Source of the DNA: a virus
Lineage: Duplodnaviria > Caudoviricetes
DNA length: 64,000 bases
Reading direction: 5' to 3' (one strand)
Virus record (IMG/VR): IMGVR_UViG_3300022562_001605
Coordinates: 1 to 64,000 of that record
Shown here: positions 1 to 9,300 of the stretch, piece after piece
Numbering within the stretch: the first letter of the stretch is position 1
Layout: every line of letters begins with the position of its first letter
Position numbers and translations under genes: made by a program
Notes under the pieces: model-generated
Told to the model about the DNA's origin: nothing
Databases searched by the model: none
What the model saw: only the letters and a program-made list of their open reading frames with translations

Positions 1-164
1 ATTTCCGGTTTCGTCAACGATTACTTTCAGACAGGTACCTGCCTTGAAGAAGGCACTGCTACACTTTTAACCGGTCAAGTAGTTTATTGTAAAAAGCCTT
101 GACACCGTTATTACACTGTGTTAATCTGTAACCTAATTAATTATTTTTTTATGGGTTAAAATTT

Positions 165-419
165 ATGGAAATGTTTTTACAAGCGGTTGGTATTCCATTT
201 GCAGTTGGTGCTATCAGCGGGGTAGCGGGATTACTTCTATTCCGTGGTACGGTAAGCGCCTTTAAAACCTTTATGACAATTGCCATTACTGGCGGCCTAT
301 TACTTATAGGTCTTTGTTATTTCTACGATTTTATCCCCGAAGAAATGAAACAAGACGTGTTAAACGTATATCAGCACGCATCAACGCATGTTATTGAATA
401 CGTTAAGTCGTTGGTTTAA
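165..419 (+). CDS. small 2-TM membrane protein
   Basis: 84 aa, two hydrophobic helices; first of a tandem array. Confidence 0.7.
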   Translation: MEMFLQAVGIPFAVGAISGVAGLLLFRGTVSAFKTFMTIAITGGLLLIGLCYFYDFIPEEMKQDVLNVYQHASTHVIEYVKSLV

Positions 420-430
420 AAGGGAATATT

Positions 431-541
431 ATGTTTACAGATGCTGGTATAACAAAACTACTGCGCGATGGTGTAATTATCATAATAGCCGTTGGCGTTG
501 TAATCGGTTTAATCATTGCGGGGATTGTAGCATGGGTGTAG
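431..541 (+). CDS. 36 aa single-TM protein (not in ORF track)
   Basis: AGGGAA SD, ATG 431, MFTDAGITKLLRDGVIIIIAVGVVIGLIIAGIVAWV, TAG 541; fills the gap between neighbours. Confidence 0.6.
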   Translation: MFTDAGITKLLRDGVIIIIAVGVVIGLIIAGIVAWV

Positions 542-723
542 GTGTAGTTGATATCTTCGGTTGTACTGGCCTGTTGACCGTTGCCATTCTAATGCTTTAT
601 TTTGGTCGTACCGCGTATAACAACGATAACGCGATTAAGTATATGGTCTTAACGGGAATAGGTTCCTTCTGTCTTATCGCCCTGTCAATCATTATGACAT
701 CTATCCTTAAAGGGGTGCACTAA
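532..723 (+). CDS. small 2-TM membrane protein
   Basis: Start re-called to ATG 532 (MGVGVVDIF); two TM helices. Confidence 0.65.
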   Translation: MGVGVVDIFGCTGLLTVAILMLYFGRTAYNNDNAIKYMVLTGIGSFCLIALSIIMTSILKGVH

Positions 724-941
724 TGTTTAATCTTTTACTAACTGTTATAGTTTCTGGACTGTTCGTTACTGGCGGCATCGTGTCTGTTTATCTTGCCTAC
801 CGTTTTTTAACGGTTCCCAACGCTGACGGATTTAAAGCGCTTGTAACGTTGTTTGGCGGTTCCCTGTGTATCGTTCTTGGGGTATCATTACCCATGATGT
901 ATTTCATTGGAACGATTTTATTAGTAATGACAGGCAAATAA
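723..941 (+). CDS. small 2-TM membrane protein
   Basis: 72 aa, TAATG coupling, two TM helices. Confidence 0.7.
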   Translation: MFNLLLTVIVSGLFVTGGIVSVYLAYRFLTVPNADGFKALVTLFGGSLCIVLGVSLPMMYFIGTILLVMTGK

Positions 942-943
942 CA

Positions 944-1159
944 ATGGTTTCAACACTTTTTACGGTTTTAATGGGCACCATTCTAATGTTTTTGGGATTG
1001 TACTCCCTTACAGTGGCAAACAGTACATCCGATGAAAAAATCGTTGAAAAACTGTCGTACATATTTGTTTCTGCTATTACACTATCAGCCGCAGTCTTAT
1101 TTCTTGCAACTGCCGCCTTGGAACGATACTTCTCACATTTAAAAGGTTTTATATCATGA
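944..1159 (+). CDS. small 2-TM membrane protein
   Basis: Start re-called to ATG 944 (MVSTLF); two TM helices. Confidence 0.7.
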   Translation: MVSTLFTVLMGTILMFLGLYSLTVANSTSDEKIVEKLSYIFVSAITLSAAVLFLATAALERYFSHLKGFIS

Positions 1160-1386
1160 GTCCAGCAGCCTTAATTATTACTGCCTTAATTATTTCTACA
1201 ATATTGGCAACAATCGGATCTATTATGATCATGGTTGCCAAAGTTGCTATGTCAGAACATGTCGAAGATAAGAACTTTGGTAAACAGGTGTGTACAGTCA
1301 TTGGTCTGACGTTCTTCGGAACCTTTTTAATACTGGTAGCAATAGCAATAACGGTAAACGAAATATTAACATTACTTCCAAAATAG
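1156..1386 (+). CDS. small 2-TM membrane protein
   Basis: ATGA overlap; two TM helices with acidic/basic loop. Confidence 0.7.
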   Translation: MSPAALIITALIISTILATIGSIMIMVAKVAMSEHVEDKNFGKQVCTVIGLTFFGTFLILVAIAITVNEILTLLPK

Positions 1387-1394
1387 GTGCAAAA

Positions 1395-1619
1395 GTGATT
1401 TCAACTACCTTAGTAATTTTTAGTACAATTCTTTCAACTATTTTAATGGTCGTTGGTGTCACGTGCGCCAATATCGCCAATGTACATTTCCACGCACAGG
1501 TTTCTAGAACGGAATACAATAAACGCTTCATGAAATATCTAATTATGATGTCAATCGGCTGTGCGGCAATCGTAGCCAGTATTTCTTTAATCATAATCAC
1601 ATTTGTAAGGACAGTATAA
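1395..1619 (+). CDS. small 2-TM membrane protein
   Basis: GTG 1395 after AGGTG SD; STILSTILM resembles neighbours. Confidence 0.65.
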   Translation: MISTTLVIFSTILSTILMVVGVTCANIANVHFHAQVSRTEYNKRFMKYLIMMSIGCAAIVASISLIIITFVRTV

Positions 1620-1825
1620 TGGAGTTCCTTGAATTTTTAATGGCCTGTGTCTGTGTCTGTCTGTTGGCAGTAGGGCTTACCTTTATCCTAGGTGCTGGTC
1701 AAATAATTCAAAACGTTTCCACGAAAAACTTCATTTTAATGATGCTGATAGGTTCTACCTGTATCTTCATCAGTCTTATGGGTGCGGTTAAGTTAGTCCT
1801 TATTTTAAATGGATTTGGTAACTAG
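1619..1825 (+). CDS. small 2-TM membrane protein
   Basis: 68 aa, TAATG coupling. Confidence 0.7.
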   Translation: MEFLEFLMACVCVCLLAVGLTFILGAGQIIQNVSTKNFILMMLIGSTCIFISLMGAVKLVLILNGFGN

Positions 1826-1834
1826 GAGAATCTT

Positions 1835-2455
1835 GTGGCGCTTGCATTAAACCTTAAACAGATAGATTGGAAAACAGTTGGAAAAAGGTTGTATGATGGT
1901 TATGTCGAATCTGGCAGCAGTATTAACACCGTCAACAACATTAAGGGCGTTTTCTACTATCATATGGTTAAAGACCATATTGGAACCTTTTTAAATCTGT
2001 ATTACTTTCTGAAGGACGAAGGTGCCACACAGAAGAAGCCTGTCTATACGGGCGATGATGATAGTGCACTATGGGTTGAACCCAATGGTGTTCTGGTTAT
2101 TCGGGATAATTCAGTAGGTATTGAAGAAAATTTTACTGTGTTCCAGATGGATAATAGTCCAGATAAGATTAAGTTCCGTTGTATGAGCGCTTATCGCCGT
2201 GAAAAGAAAATGGCACATCCTTTGTATGGGGATATGGTCACGGTTCCTTCATTATCTACCTATCGTAAGAACGGTTGGAAAGGTGAATACGATGATGCCC
2301 GTGATGCCTGTTACATATTTAAATTTGATTCATGGGATGAAATGATTCAGGATGCTTATGTCCGTGAAAATAGAATCGTTCGTGCCCTATGGATACTAAA
2401 CCAGAACTGGTATGATATTCAATGCCAAATTCGAAACGACGAGGAATTTTTATGA
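1835..2455 (+). CDS. hypothetical protein
   Basis: 206 aa ORF, AGGAG SD before GTG. Confidence 0.7.
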   Translation: MALALNLKQIDWKTVGKRLYDGYVESGSSINTVNNIKGVFYYHMVKDHIGTFLNLYYFLKDEGATQKKPVYTGDDDSALWVEPNGVLVIRDNSVGIEENFTVFQMDNSPDKIKFRCMSAYRREKKMAHPLYGDMVTVPSLSTYRKNGWKGEYDDARDACYIFKFDSWDEMIQDAYVRENRIVRALWILNQNWYDIQCQIRNDEEFL

Positions 2456-2694
2456 ACCGTGGAGATATTGAAGAACTGTCTGGACAAGCAGAATATATGC
2501 TTTGGGTAGCAGAAGTACAGATTGAAAATCTAACAGACCTTTTGCGTCTTGCGCTGGAATGTATGGATGAAACATCGTATGAACACTTCTACCATATGGC
2601 GATTAAGGGTATGTCACAGGAAAAGATTGTGGAATTCAGTCAACAGTTGAAAGAAATATTGGGAAAAAATGAAACAGAAGCCAATAACGCGTAA
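2452..2694 (+). CDS. hypothetical protein
   Basis: Start re-called to ATG 2452 after GAGGA SD. Confidence 0.6.
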   Translation: MNRGDIEELSGQAEYMLWVAEVQIENLTDLLRLALECMDETSYEHFYHMAIKGMSQEKIVEFSQQLKEILGKNETEANNA

Positions 2695-3142
2695 AGAAGC
2701 CCTTGCGAAAGGATATAAATTTTATTACACGGGCAAAAAGTGTAAGAACGGTCATAATGACTTAAGATATGTTTCTACGTATGTATGTTTGGAATGTCAT
2801 AGGGAACATCGAAAAACAGAAGCTGGTAAAAAAGCTAATTATCGTGCTGCTCGTAAGTATTATTTGAAGAACAAGGATAAAGTTCATGAGTATAATCGGA
2901 AGTATTATAAGAAATACTATCAGGAAAACAAGGACAAGTTTTATGGCTATATGAAGAAGTGGCGTGGAAAGAATAAGGAATATCTTAAGGCGCAACGTTC
3001 TGTAAATCGTAAAGAATTGCTGGAACAAAGAAGGGAATGGGTGAAAAATAATCCAGAAAAGATGGAACAGTATAACGCCAAAAAACGCGCACAGTATGCA
3101 GCAGCTCGTGGCGGTAAAGTACGCAAATATGAAAGGGGTTAA
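2669..3142 (+). CDS. basic Zn-binding protein resembling the N-terminal region of phage HNH homing endonucleases, no HNH domain
   Basis: RKEALAKGYKFYYTGKKCKNGH...CLEC followed by K/R/Y-rich helical repeats. Confidence 0.6.
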   Translation: MKQKPITRKEALAKGYKFYYTGKKCKNGHNDLRYVSTYVCLECHREHRKTEAGKKANYRAARKYYLKNKDKVHEYNRKYYKKYYQENKDKFYGYMKKWRGKNKEYLKAQRSVNRKELLEQRREWVKNNPEKMEQYNAKKRAQYAAARGGKVRKYERG

Positions 3143-3145
3143 AAT

Positions 3146-3352
3146 ATGAATAATCAATATCGTGTAGTAACATCAACGAATCATACACAATTTGCAGACC
3201 AATTAACTGAACTGGTTAATGTTGGTTGGATAAGACTGGGTGACATGCAGACATGTTCTGTCTATAATCCAACCACTGGAATTGTTGTAACTTGGTCGCA
3301 ATTGTTATGCAAATCACTAAACAGTAATTTAAGGGCTGCGGCTTTGGATTGA
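3146..3352 (+). CDS. hypothetical protein
   Basis: 68 aa, GGGG SD. Confidence 0.55.
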   Translation: MNNQYRVVTSTNHTQFADQLTELVNVGWIRLGDMQTCSVYNPTTGIVVTWSQLLCKSLNSNLRAAALD

Positions 3353-3402
3353 AAAGCTTAAGTCCACCTTTGAACACCGTAAAAACTGTAGGGAAAAATG
3401 AA

Positions 3403-3645
3403 ATGAACGAAAATAGTGAATTGAAAAAAAAGAACGACCAACTGAAAGTGTTGTCAAGACAAATTGAAGGTGCAGTCAGTGGTCGCGAATTTGCAAGTTG
3501 TCATGCAGACTATGCAATTGTGTTAAGAAGAAGGAACGAAAAAATGGCGGCTCTCGGCCTCTCCGAGGCTCCAAACGGTGGGAACAGGGTTCTAAATCTT
3601 TTAAAGAATTTGTGGGGCAAGCGTTTTGTAACAAATAAAAGGTAA
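3403..3645 (+). CDS. hypothetical protein
   Basis: Start re-called to ATG 3403. Confidence 0.55.
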   Translation: MNENSELKKKNDQLKVLSRQIEGAVSGREFASCHADYAIVLRRRNEKMAALGLSEAPNGGNRVLNLLKNLWGKRFVTNKR

Positions 3646-3692
3646 AAAATTATGTTTAAGTTAAAATTTAAAAATCAACGCGGAGAAAAGTA

Positions 3693-3878
3693 ATGGCACC
3701 AGATCACATAATAGAAATGATGCAAGCGCTTCTTGTTAATGCGCTGGATGAAATGACAGGTGAAAGCTTTGAAAGTGTTTTTAACCAAACAGTAGAAGAC
3801 CTTGAATTGGAAGGTGAAACACTTGAAGAATTTGAAGAATTGGTAAGCAATTTAATAGAATTGTCTGACCCCGAATAA
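3693..3878 (+). CDS. acidic hypothetical protein
   Basis: GGAGA SD, 61 aa. Confidence 0.55.
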   Translation: MAPDHIIEMMQALLVNALDEMTGESFESVFNQTVEDLELEGETLEEFEELVSNLIELSDPE

Positions 3879-3907
3879 TTAACCGAAAACATTGGCGAGA
3901 AAAACAT

Positions 3908-5047
3908 ATGAAACAGGAATCACACATAGTATATAACGTAGATGGATTATCACGATTACTAGAAGCAAGAAAACACCAGTTAATATTAGATAATATGAAA
4001 ATACCAGATTCTGTACACTATGTGGATGAAATCTGGTTATCCTACAAGAATAATGAAAATACGAACATTCTGGATATTATTGTTGATAAAATGCAGAACG
4101 AATATCATATGATACGAATTGATAGGAATCGACTACACATATCAGATGAAAACTTCACAATGACATTGATTCAGTCTAATTCCATTAATATATCTGCACT
4201 GACAGGCTCATGTTTTTCCAAGAAGAAGAATCTTTACAAAGTCATCAGACAGAAACTTTCCAATATGATTGAACTGGCCGAGGCAGCCAAACAAGATAAG
4301 TTTCGTTTACAGTGGTATTACGCTACTGATAATGGATACACATATTCCAATGTGGAAGACACAGCGGACGCAACATTACTAGATAACGCCTACCCATTAT
4401 TGGACGGTGGAGTTGATAAGTTTGTCAACGAATATTTGAATTCGGATGAAGCTGTATTGATTTTGCGCGGACCACCGGGCACGGGGAAGACCCATCTTAT
4501 TCGTAAAATTTTGGGTGAAATGTCTAACCGAAAAGGAAAAGTCAGCCGTAGTATCTATACAGGCGACGAAAAGGTATTCAGACATGAAGGTATTTTTATT
4601 AACTTTATCGTTGATGAAATAGATGCCTTTGTCATTGAAGACGCGGACTACCTATTGGAAAGTCGTATGGATGGAAACAACATTATTCACAACTTCCTTA
4701 AAGGTGCTGATGGTTTAGTATCCGCACGCGGCAAGAAGATTATCTTTTCTGTAAACCTGAACAACAACATTCGTATCGATGATGCTTTAATCAGACCCGG
4801 CCGCTGTTTTGGTATCTATGATATTAATCGTCTGGATAACACGGATGCAAATTTGGTAGTAGACGAAATTGCAGCGCAAGAACGGGTAACATTACCAGAA
4901 GAATTTGTGTTGACTGAAAAGAACTACAGTATTGCAGAATTGTATAAAATAGTACGTTCGTTTAAAGTGGACAAATCGCCACAGCGACAAACTGTAATGG
5001 AATTAAATCAATTTCCTGAAGAAGCCCCCGAAGTAACAGGCGAATAA
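3908..5047 (+). CDS. AAA+ ATPase
   Basis: Walker A GPPGTGKT, Walker B FVIED, DDALIRPGR second region of homology. Confidence 0.9.
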   Translation: MKQESHIVYNVDGLSRLLEARKHQLILDNMKIPDSVHYVDEIWLSYKNNENTNILDIIVDKMQNEYHMIRIDRNRLHISDENFTMTLIQSNSINISALTGSCFSKKKNLYKVIRQKLSNMIELAEAAKQDKFRLQWYYATDNGYTYSNVEDTADATLLDNAYPLLDGGVDKFVNEYLNSDEAVLILRGPPGTGKTHLIRKILGEMSNRKGKVSRSIYTGDEKVFRHEGIFINFIVDEIDAFVIEDADYLLESRMDGNNIIHNFLKGADGLVSARGKKIIFSVNLNNNIRIDDALIRPGRCFGIYDINRLDNTDANLVVDEIAAQERVTLPEEFVLTEKNYSIAELYKIVRSFKVDKSPQRQTVMELNQFPEEAPEVTGE

Positions 5048-5062
5048 TTAGAGGACTTTATT

Positions 5063-5593
5063 ATGATGTCAAATGGTACTAAAAATATGATCTGGATTAA
5101 TGTTCTTATAGTGGCATTTGTTGCCTTTGGGGTATTCAGTGGAAATGTATGTGCCTCGGAAGAACCAGAAGGGCATTATGGATTGGCCGCATCTATAGGT
5201 TCAAAGCATTTTATTCAACGGGATGCTGAATATGCCTACAACGAATCAAACCCTGGACTAGCAGTTGTTTATTACTTTCCTGATGATAGTCGGGCTATCT
5301 TAACTGGTTTTTATAAGAATAGTGATAGTAATGAAAGCGTTTTCGTAGCATATAAAATGTATGCAAGACCGTTTCGCAATACATCAGTAAACCCATCTTT
5401 AACACTTGGAGCAGCAACTGGATATGACAATCTACCATTATTTCCAATGTTTGTCGTAGCTTTGGATTTTCATGTTATCAATAACCATAAACTTAATCTA
5501 CTAGCTGCACCATTAGCAAGTGAAAAAAGCGAAGATGGTTCACGAAACTATGGTATGGTTTTGGGATTACAATACGAGTATGAATTTCGATGA
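5063..5593 (+). CDS. outer-membrane beta-barrel, PagP-like
   Basis: Signal peptide; SKH, YNESNPGL, GFYKNS, LTLGAATGY; alternating aromatic C-terminal strand YEYEFR. Confidence 0.6.
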   Translation: MMSNGTKNMIWINVLIVAFVAFGVFSGNVCASEEPEGHYGLAASIGSKHFIQRDAEYAYNESNPGLAVVYYFPDDSRAILTGFYKNSDSNESVFVAYKMYARPFRNTSVNPSLTLGAATGYDNLPLFPMFVVALDFHVINNHKLNLLAAPLASEKSEDGSRNYGMVLGLQYEYEFR

Positions 5594-6033
5594 ATTATCC
5601 AAGTACGCCGTTTCTACAACAGTTGAAAGAACAGCTAGCAATTTACTATGCTGACTTTGACCGCATTAAACCCAAACGCCTAAATCAACTCGAAAAAGAA
5701 TATAAGTATGTGTATGATAGTCAGTATGATGTCATTCCTGTTATTCGTGATATAGAAATAAGCCATTTGCTTGGTTGTAATGAGGTTGTATTGCCCCATC
5801 TGGAAGCTGAATATGAAAAACTCAAAGTCATGATCGAACAACTAAAAGGTGGATACGTAAACGCGAAAAAAGAAAAGGTTAATGGAATTAAAGACATGAA
5901 ACCTTTTGGTGAATTAATGACGAATATGAAAGAACTTGTTAAGCTATTAAATAAAGACTTGGAAGCAATGAAACAAAAAGACATCAGCCATTTAATTCGG
6001 ATTTTTAACATTGACATTAATCTAATTAGCTGA
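5590..6033 (+). CDS. hypothetical protein
   Basis: 147 aa, ATGA overlap. Confidence 0.65.
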   Translation: MNYPSTPFLQQLKEQLAIYYADFDRIKPKRLNQLEKEYKYVYDSQYDVIPVIRDIEISHLLGCNEVVLPHLEAEYEKLKVMIEQLKGGYVNAKKEKVNGIKDMKPFGELMTNMKELVKLLNKDLEAMKQKDISHLIRIFNIDINLIS

Positions 6034-6072
6034 TAAGATTTGGGTAATAACTTTTTAATTAAGGAAAATAGT

Positions 6073-6480
6073 ATGCATAATGATAATGAAAATAAAAATA
6101 CAATTCGTTTTTTAGTGGACAACGAGCGCGAATCAACGTTGGGAAAAATTTCCACACCAGCGAAACGTGTAGAACAGTCTGAAACTGGAAAAAGAATTGA
6201 AATGTTTAAAGAAATTCTTAATAAACAACAAATGATTGAAAAACTTGAAGTAGAACGACAGCTACTGTTTAAAATACAACAAGAAGAAATAGACAACCGA
6301 CATAAACTTGCATCTTTATTAGCCGATGATTTAATCGGTTCTGGTGTAGATATTTCAAACCCTGTAACCTATAGTGGATTTATGCTTAAATTCTGGTGTC
6401 GAAATGCAGATGATCATATTCATTCCGTTCATGGTCTGTTTGATGTTCAAATCCAGCAAATAACTACGTTGCAATCATAA
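6073..6480 (+). CDS. hypothetical coiled-coil protein
   Basis: Start re-called after AAGGA SD. Confidence 0.6.
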   Translation: MHNDNENKNTIRFLVDNERESTLGKISTPAKRVEQSETGKRIEMFKEILNKQQMIEKLEVERQLLFKIQQEEIDNRHKLASLLADDLIGSGVDISNPVTYSGFMLKFWCRNADDHIHSVHGLFDVQIQQITTLQS

Positions 6481-6484
6481 CATC

Positions 6485-6832
6485 ATGACTGAAATATTGT
6501 TCAAAAATGCCTGTAGAATCCATACAAGATTTATGATTTTTCGGTATTTGATGAGCAATGCTGATGGACGTGAAAACGGCTTTGAAAAGGCGCAAAGACA
6601 CCGTGAATTGTGCCAATTTTACATAGCTGCTATACGTGGATTAGAAGAGGCGGATGAAGTATTATCAATTGATGAAGACTACATAGCGGTTCATGGTGCC
6701 ACACAGATATTGACGGATAATTTAGATGAATCTATCGGGTTTCCGTTAGAAGGTATTCCAGATTACGATAAATTCGCTACTTTGTTCTTCGAAGAGTTCC
6801 ATAGAATAGCTATGGGAACATTACACTATTAA
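6485..6832 (+). CDS. hypothetical protein
   Basis: 115 aa in operon. Confidence 0.6.
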   Translation: MTEILFKNACRIHTRFMIFRYLMSNADGRENGFEKAQRHRELCQFYIAAIRGLEEADEVLSIDEDYIAVHGATQILTDNLDESIGFPLEGIPDYDKFATLFFEEFHRIAMGTLHY

Positions 6833-6842
6833 AGGGTTAAAA

Positions 6843-7139
6843 ATGAATCTTACACCTGTTAACATTTATCCATTCCGCGAAGCGCAGATGTTTCGATGGG
6901 ATTACGTTTACTTACATGGCAAAGCAGAAGCCGTAATGTATCAACCACACGATGCACCTGACCTATTTTCGGCCAACGTCGCAAAACCGAAAGAAGAATG
7001 TAATATTTTATGTTCAATCGGTGGGCTGCCTGCTCTGGCTGTTATCAGAAATCATATGGGTCAGCTTGGTGGACGCATTGCATTGTTGACAGATACCTAC
7101 GGTTTGAAACACATACTAACACCTGAAGAATGGGGGTGA
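6843..7139 (+). CDS. hypothetical protein
   Basis: 98 aa in operon. Confidence 0.6.
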   Translation: MNLTPVNIYPFREAQMFRWDYVYLHGKAEAVMYQPHDAPDLFSANVAKPKEECNILCSIGGLPALAVIRNHMGQLGGRIALLTDTYGLKHILTPEEWG

Positions 7140-7142
7140 TCT

Positions 7143-7391
7143 ATGGATGAAATATATGAAATGGTGATGGAAGAATTGGGAATAGATGATCCATTGGAAG
7201 ACGAAACTTGTGTTGTAGTAAAGAATGAAATCGTTCACCAAAAACAAGCATACACCGTTTTACATATTGGTTCAGTAATAGATTGTGTGACCTTTATTGA
7301 AAAGGAAACCGACCAATATAGTCCGGATGAAGTCGGTTTATGTTCTATGAAGGAATTCAAAGAACATGTAGATGACATCCAATATATGTGA
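7143..7391 (+). CDS. acidic hypothetical protein
   Basis: 82 aa, GGGGTG SD. Confidence 0.6.
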   Translation: MDEIYEMVMEELGIDDPLEDETCVVVKNEIVHQKQAYTVLHIGSVIDCVTFIEKETDQYSPDEVGLCSMKEFKEHVDDIQYM

Positions 7392-7399
7392 GGTAAAAA

Positions 7400-7663
7400 A
7401 TGATGCGTAGACCATATAGACCGCTCGGTGAAGAAGGCCCAGTAGAACACAGACCGCGTTCATATTTTTCATGTCAAGGATGTATGCACTATGGTAGTGA
7501 AATGAAACTTCGGGCACATCATAAATCGGAAGATTATCACTATTGTTGCCATCCTAAATTTGGTGATAATCCAGAAATGGTAGCCAATGGCGGTACACCA
7601 TATGCACCAAAGTGGTGCCCTGTAACGTTAGAACGCGGTGCAACGCAAGTTGTAAAGGAATAG
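7400..7663 (+). CDS. Cys-rich putative Zn-binding protein
   Basis: CQGC...CCHP...WCP; GAGG SD. Confidence 0.55.
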   Translation: MMRRPYRPLGEEGPVEHRPRSYFSCQGCMHYGSEMKLRAHHKSEDYHYCCHPKFGDNPEMVANGGTPYAPKWCPVTLERGATQVVKE

Positions 7664-7775
7664 TCGTGGATTGGGGTTTATTAATGTTGGCTGTAATAGT
7701 TTTTGCTTTAGGTTTAGTAGTTGGCGACTTTGTTGGATATATGCGATACGGAACACATAAAACGGAACACAAAAA

Positions 7776-7946
7776 ATGAATGACCCAACGTATGATAAAG
7801 CATTAATAGATGCTAATCCAGAATGGCAGTTAGCATTTTCACTTTCAGAAATAGATAACGACAATGCGCCGATTGGTTGGTCGAAATATCTTTATATGGC
7901 AGAATGTCTTTTAAACAACTACGATATTAAACGAAAGGAGAAATAA
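7776..7946 (+). CDS. small hypothetical protein (not in ORF track)
   Basis: ATG 7776 MNDPTYDK...LAFSLSEIDNDNAPIGWSKY...; overlaps the stop of a 37 aa TM ORF (7666-7779). Confidence 0.55.
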   Translation: MNDPTYDKALIDANPEWQLAFSLSEIDNDNAPIGWSKYLYMAECLLNNYDIKRKEK

Positions 7947-8159
7947 ATGGTGAAGATGGATGCGGCTTGTGCACGCGCAATAGAAGTATTAGGCGACCTT
8001 CGTGAACAATGTTTGGTGAAACGCAAATTGTGCAAATTAAATGAAATTTCAATATTTGAATATATTGGATACCTGTCACGATATAAGGCTTTACACGATG
8101 CTTTACATGACGCCCATTATCCTATCGAAGAATTCAACCCCGAAGGATTAATGTTGTGA
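7947..8159 (+). CDS. hypothetical protein
   Basis: AGGAG SD. Confidence 0.55.
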   Translation: MVKMDAACARAIEVLGDLREQCLVKRKLCKLNEISIFEYIGYLSRYKALHDALHDAHYPIEEFNPEGLML

Positions 8160-8578
8160 GTTTTAAATTTACATTAGGAACAGCACAAGAATTATTAACG
8201 CTTTATCCTGTTTCTATTCACAACCCCAAAAATGTTGAGGTGTGTAGTGAATCATGTCCAGTTTGTAATATGGATGAGAAATTATACGACAGAGCGCTGG
8301 AAGCAAATGAAAACGGTGAAATGGAAAGAATAGAAGGCACCGGTGTTTGGGTTCTTGGTCATGATGGATATCCTGTTGCAATATTTCGTTATCCTGAACA
8401 GGCCGATGATTGGAGCTATGAAATGTATCCAGGTTCGCGTTTTACGCGTTCAATAGAAATGAGAATGGAATCATTTTTTGAACATGTAACCAAACGGGAA
8501 TTTGAAGAAGCACGTGAAAAGGCTAAAGAATGGTCAGAAATGTTTCAACAGTCACCACAAGCAGAAGACGATGACTAA
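8156..8578 (+). CDS. hypothetical protein with CxxxCxxC
   Basis: CSESCPVC; 140 aa. Confidence 0.55.
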   Translation: MSFKFTLGTAQELLTLYPVSIHNPKNVEVCSESCPVCNMDEKLYDRALEANENGEMERIEGTGVWVLGHDGYPVAIFRYPEQADDWSYEMYPGSRFTRSIEMRMESFFEHVTKREFEEAREKAKEWSEMFQQSPQAEDDD

Positions 8579-9290
8579 TCCATTACAGCGGTATAAAACT
8601 ATTCTCAATGCGCAGCGCTGGCCGTCGTCGTTTGACTTAATTAAATTCTTAGAAAAAACTGGGCATGAAGAAGTAGAATGTGGAAGCTTCGCAAGTGTAT
8701 TACATCGACGAGATGAAGATGTTGTTATAAAAGTAACAGCAGAGAATGATTGGTGTTGGTATAATTTTGCAAAATGGTCAACAAAGCAAAAAATTAATCA
8801 CTTACCGAGATTTTACTGTCTTAAAAAATATAAAACAAACACTGGTCCGTTTTATGTTGCTTGTATGGAAAAATTAAAATCCATTGAAGATGAACTTGAT
8901 GATGGTATTAACAATATAGGCAGGCTTAAAGATTTAAGAAAGATGGGCTTTATTTTATGGGCAGAATTAGAAGAATGGCATAATGATTTTGATAGTATGA
9001 TGGTAAACCAAAACATTAGACGTTCATTGGGACATTCATCTATTCGTAAGTGGCCGCAGTTCAAAGGCTTAACCTGTGATCAGATTACTAAAAAGATAAT
9101 TAGCAATTTTAAAAAGACTGCGCTTTTTCAAACCATAAAAAAAGTTGATGCAAACTTTTGTATCCCCGGCGGGGGTTGTTTTAGGGATTATCATACTGGT
9201 AATATAATGCAAAGAAAAGACGGCACGCTTGTACTTACAGACCCTGTGGCTACAGGTTGCAGTTACACCAACTCATGTTATACTGAATAG
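8571..9290 (+). CDS. protein kinase, T7 gp0.7-like
   Basis: GSFASV glycine loop, VVIKV, catalytic DYHTGNIM, LVLTDPV; start re-called to ATG 8571. Confidence 0.8.
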   Translation: MTNPLQRYKTILNAQRWPSSFDLIKFLEKTGHEEVECGSFASVLHRRDEDVVIKVTAENDWCWYNFAKWSTKQKINHLPRFYCLKKYKTNTGPFYVACMEKLKSIEDELDDGINNIGRLKDLRKMGFILWAELEEWHNDFDSMMVNQNIRRSLGHSSIRKWPQFKGLTCDQITKKIISNFKKTALFQTIKKVDANFCIPGGGCFRDYHTGNIMQRKDGTLVLTDPVATGCSYTNSCYTE

Positions 9291-9300
9291 GAATAAAGAA

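Noticed and set aside
388-531. N-terminal extensions in the ORF track (e.g. 388, 866, 1290, 8502, 32691, 33207, 38230, 57380)
   Set aside because: They overlap upstream genes or structured leaders; downstream ATG/GTG codons with SD sites fit better.
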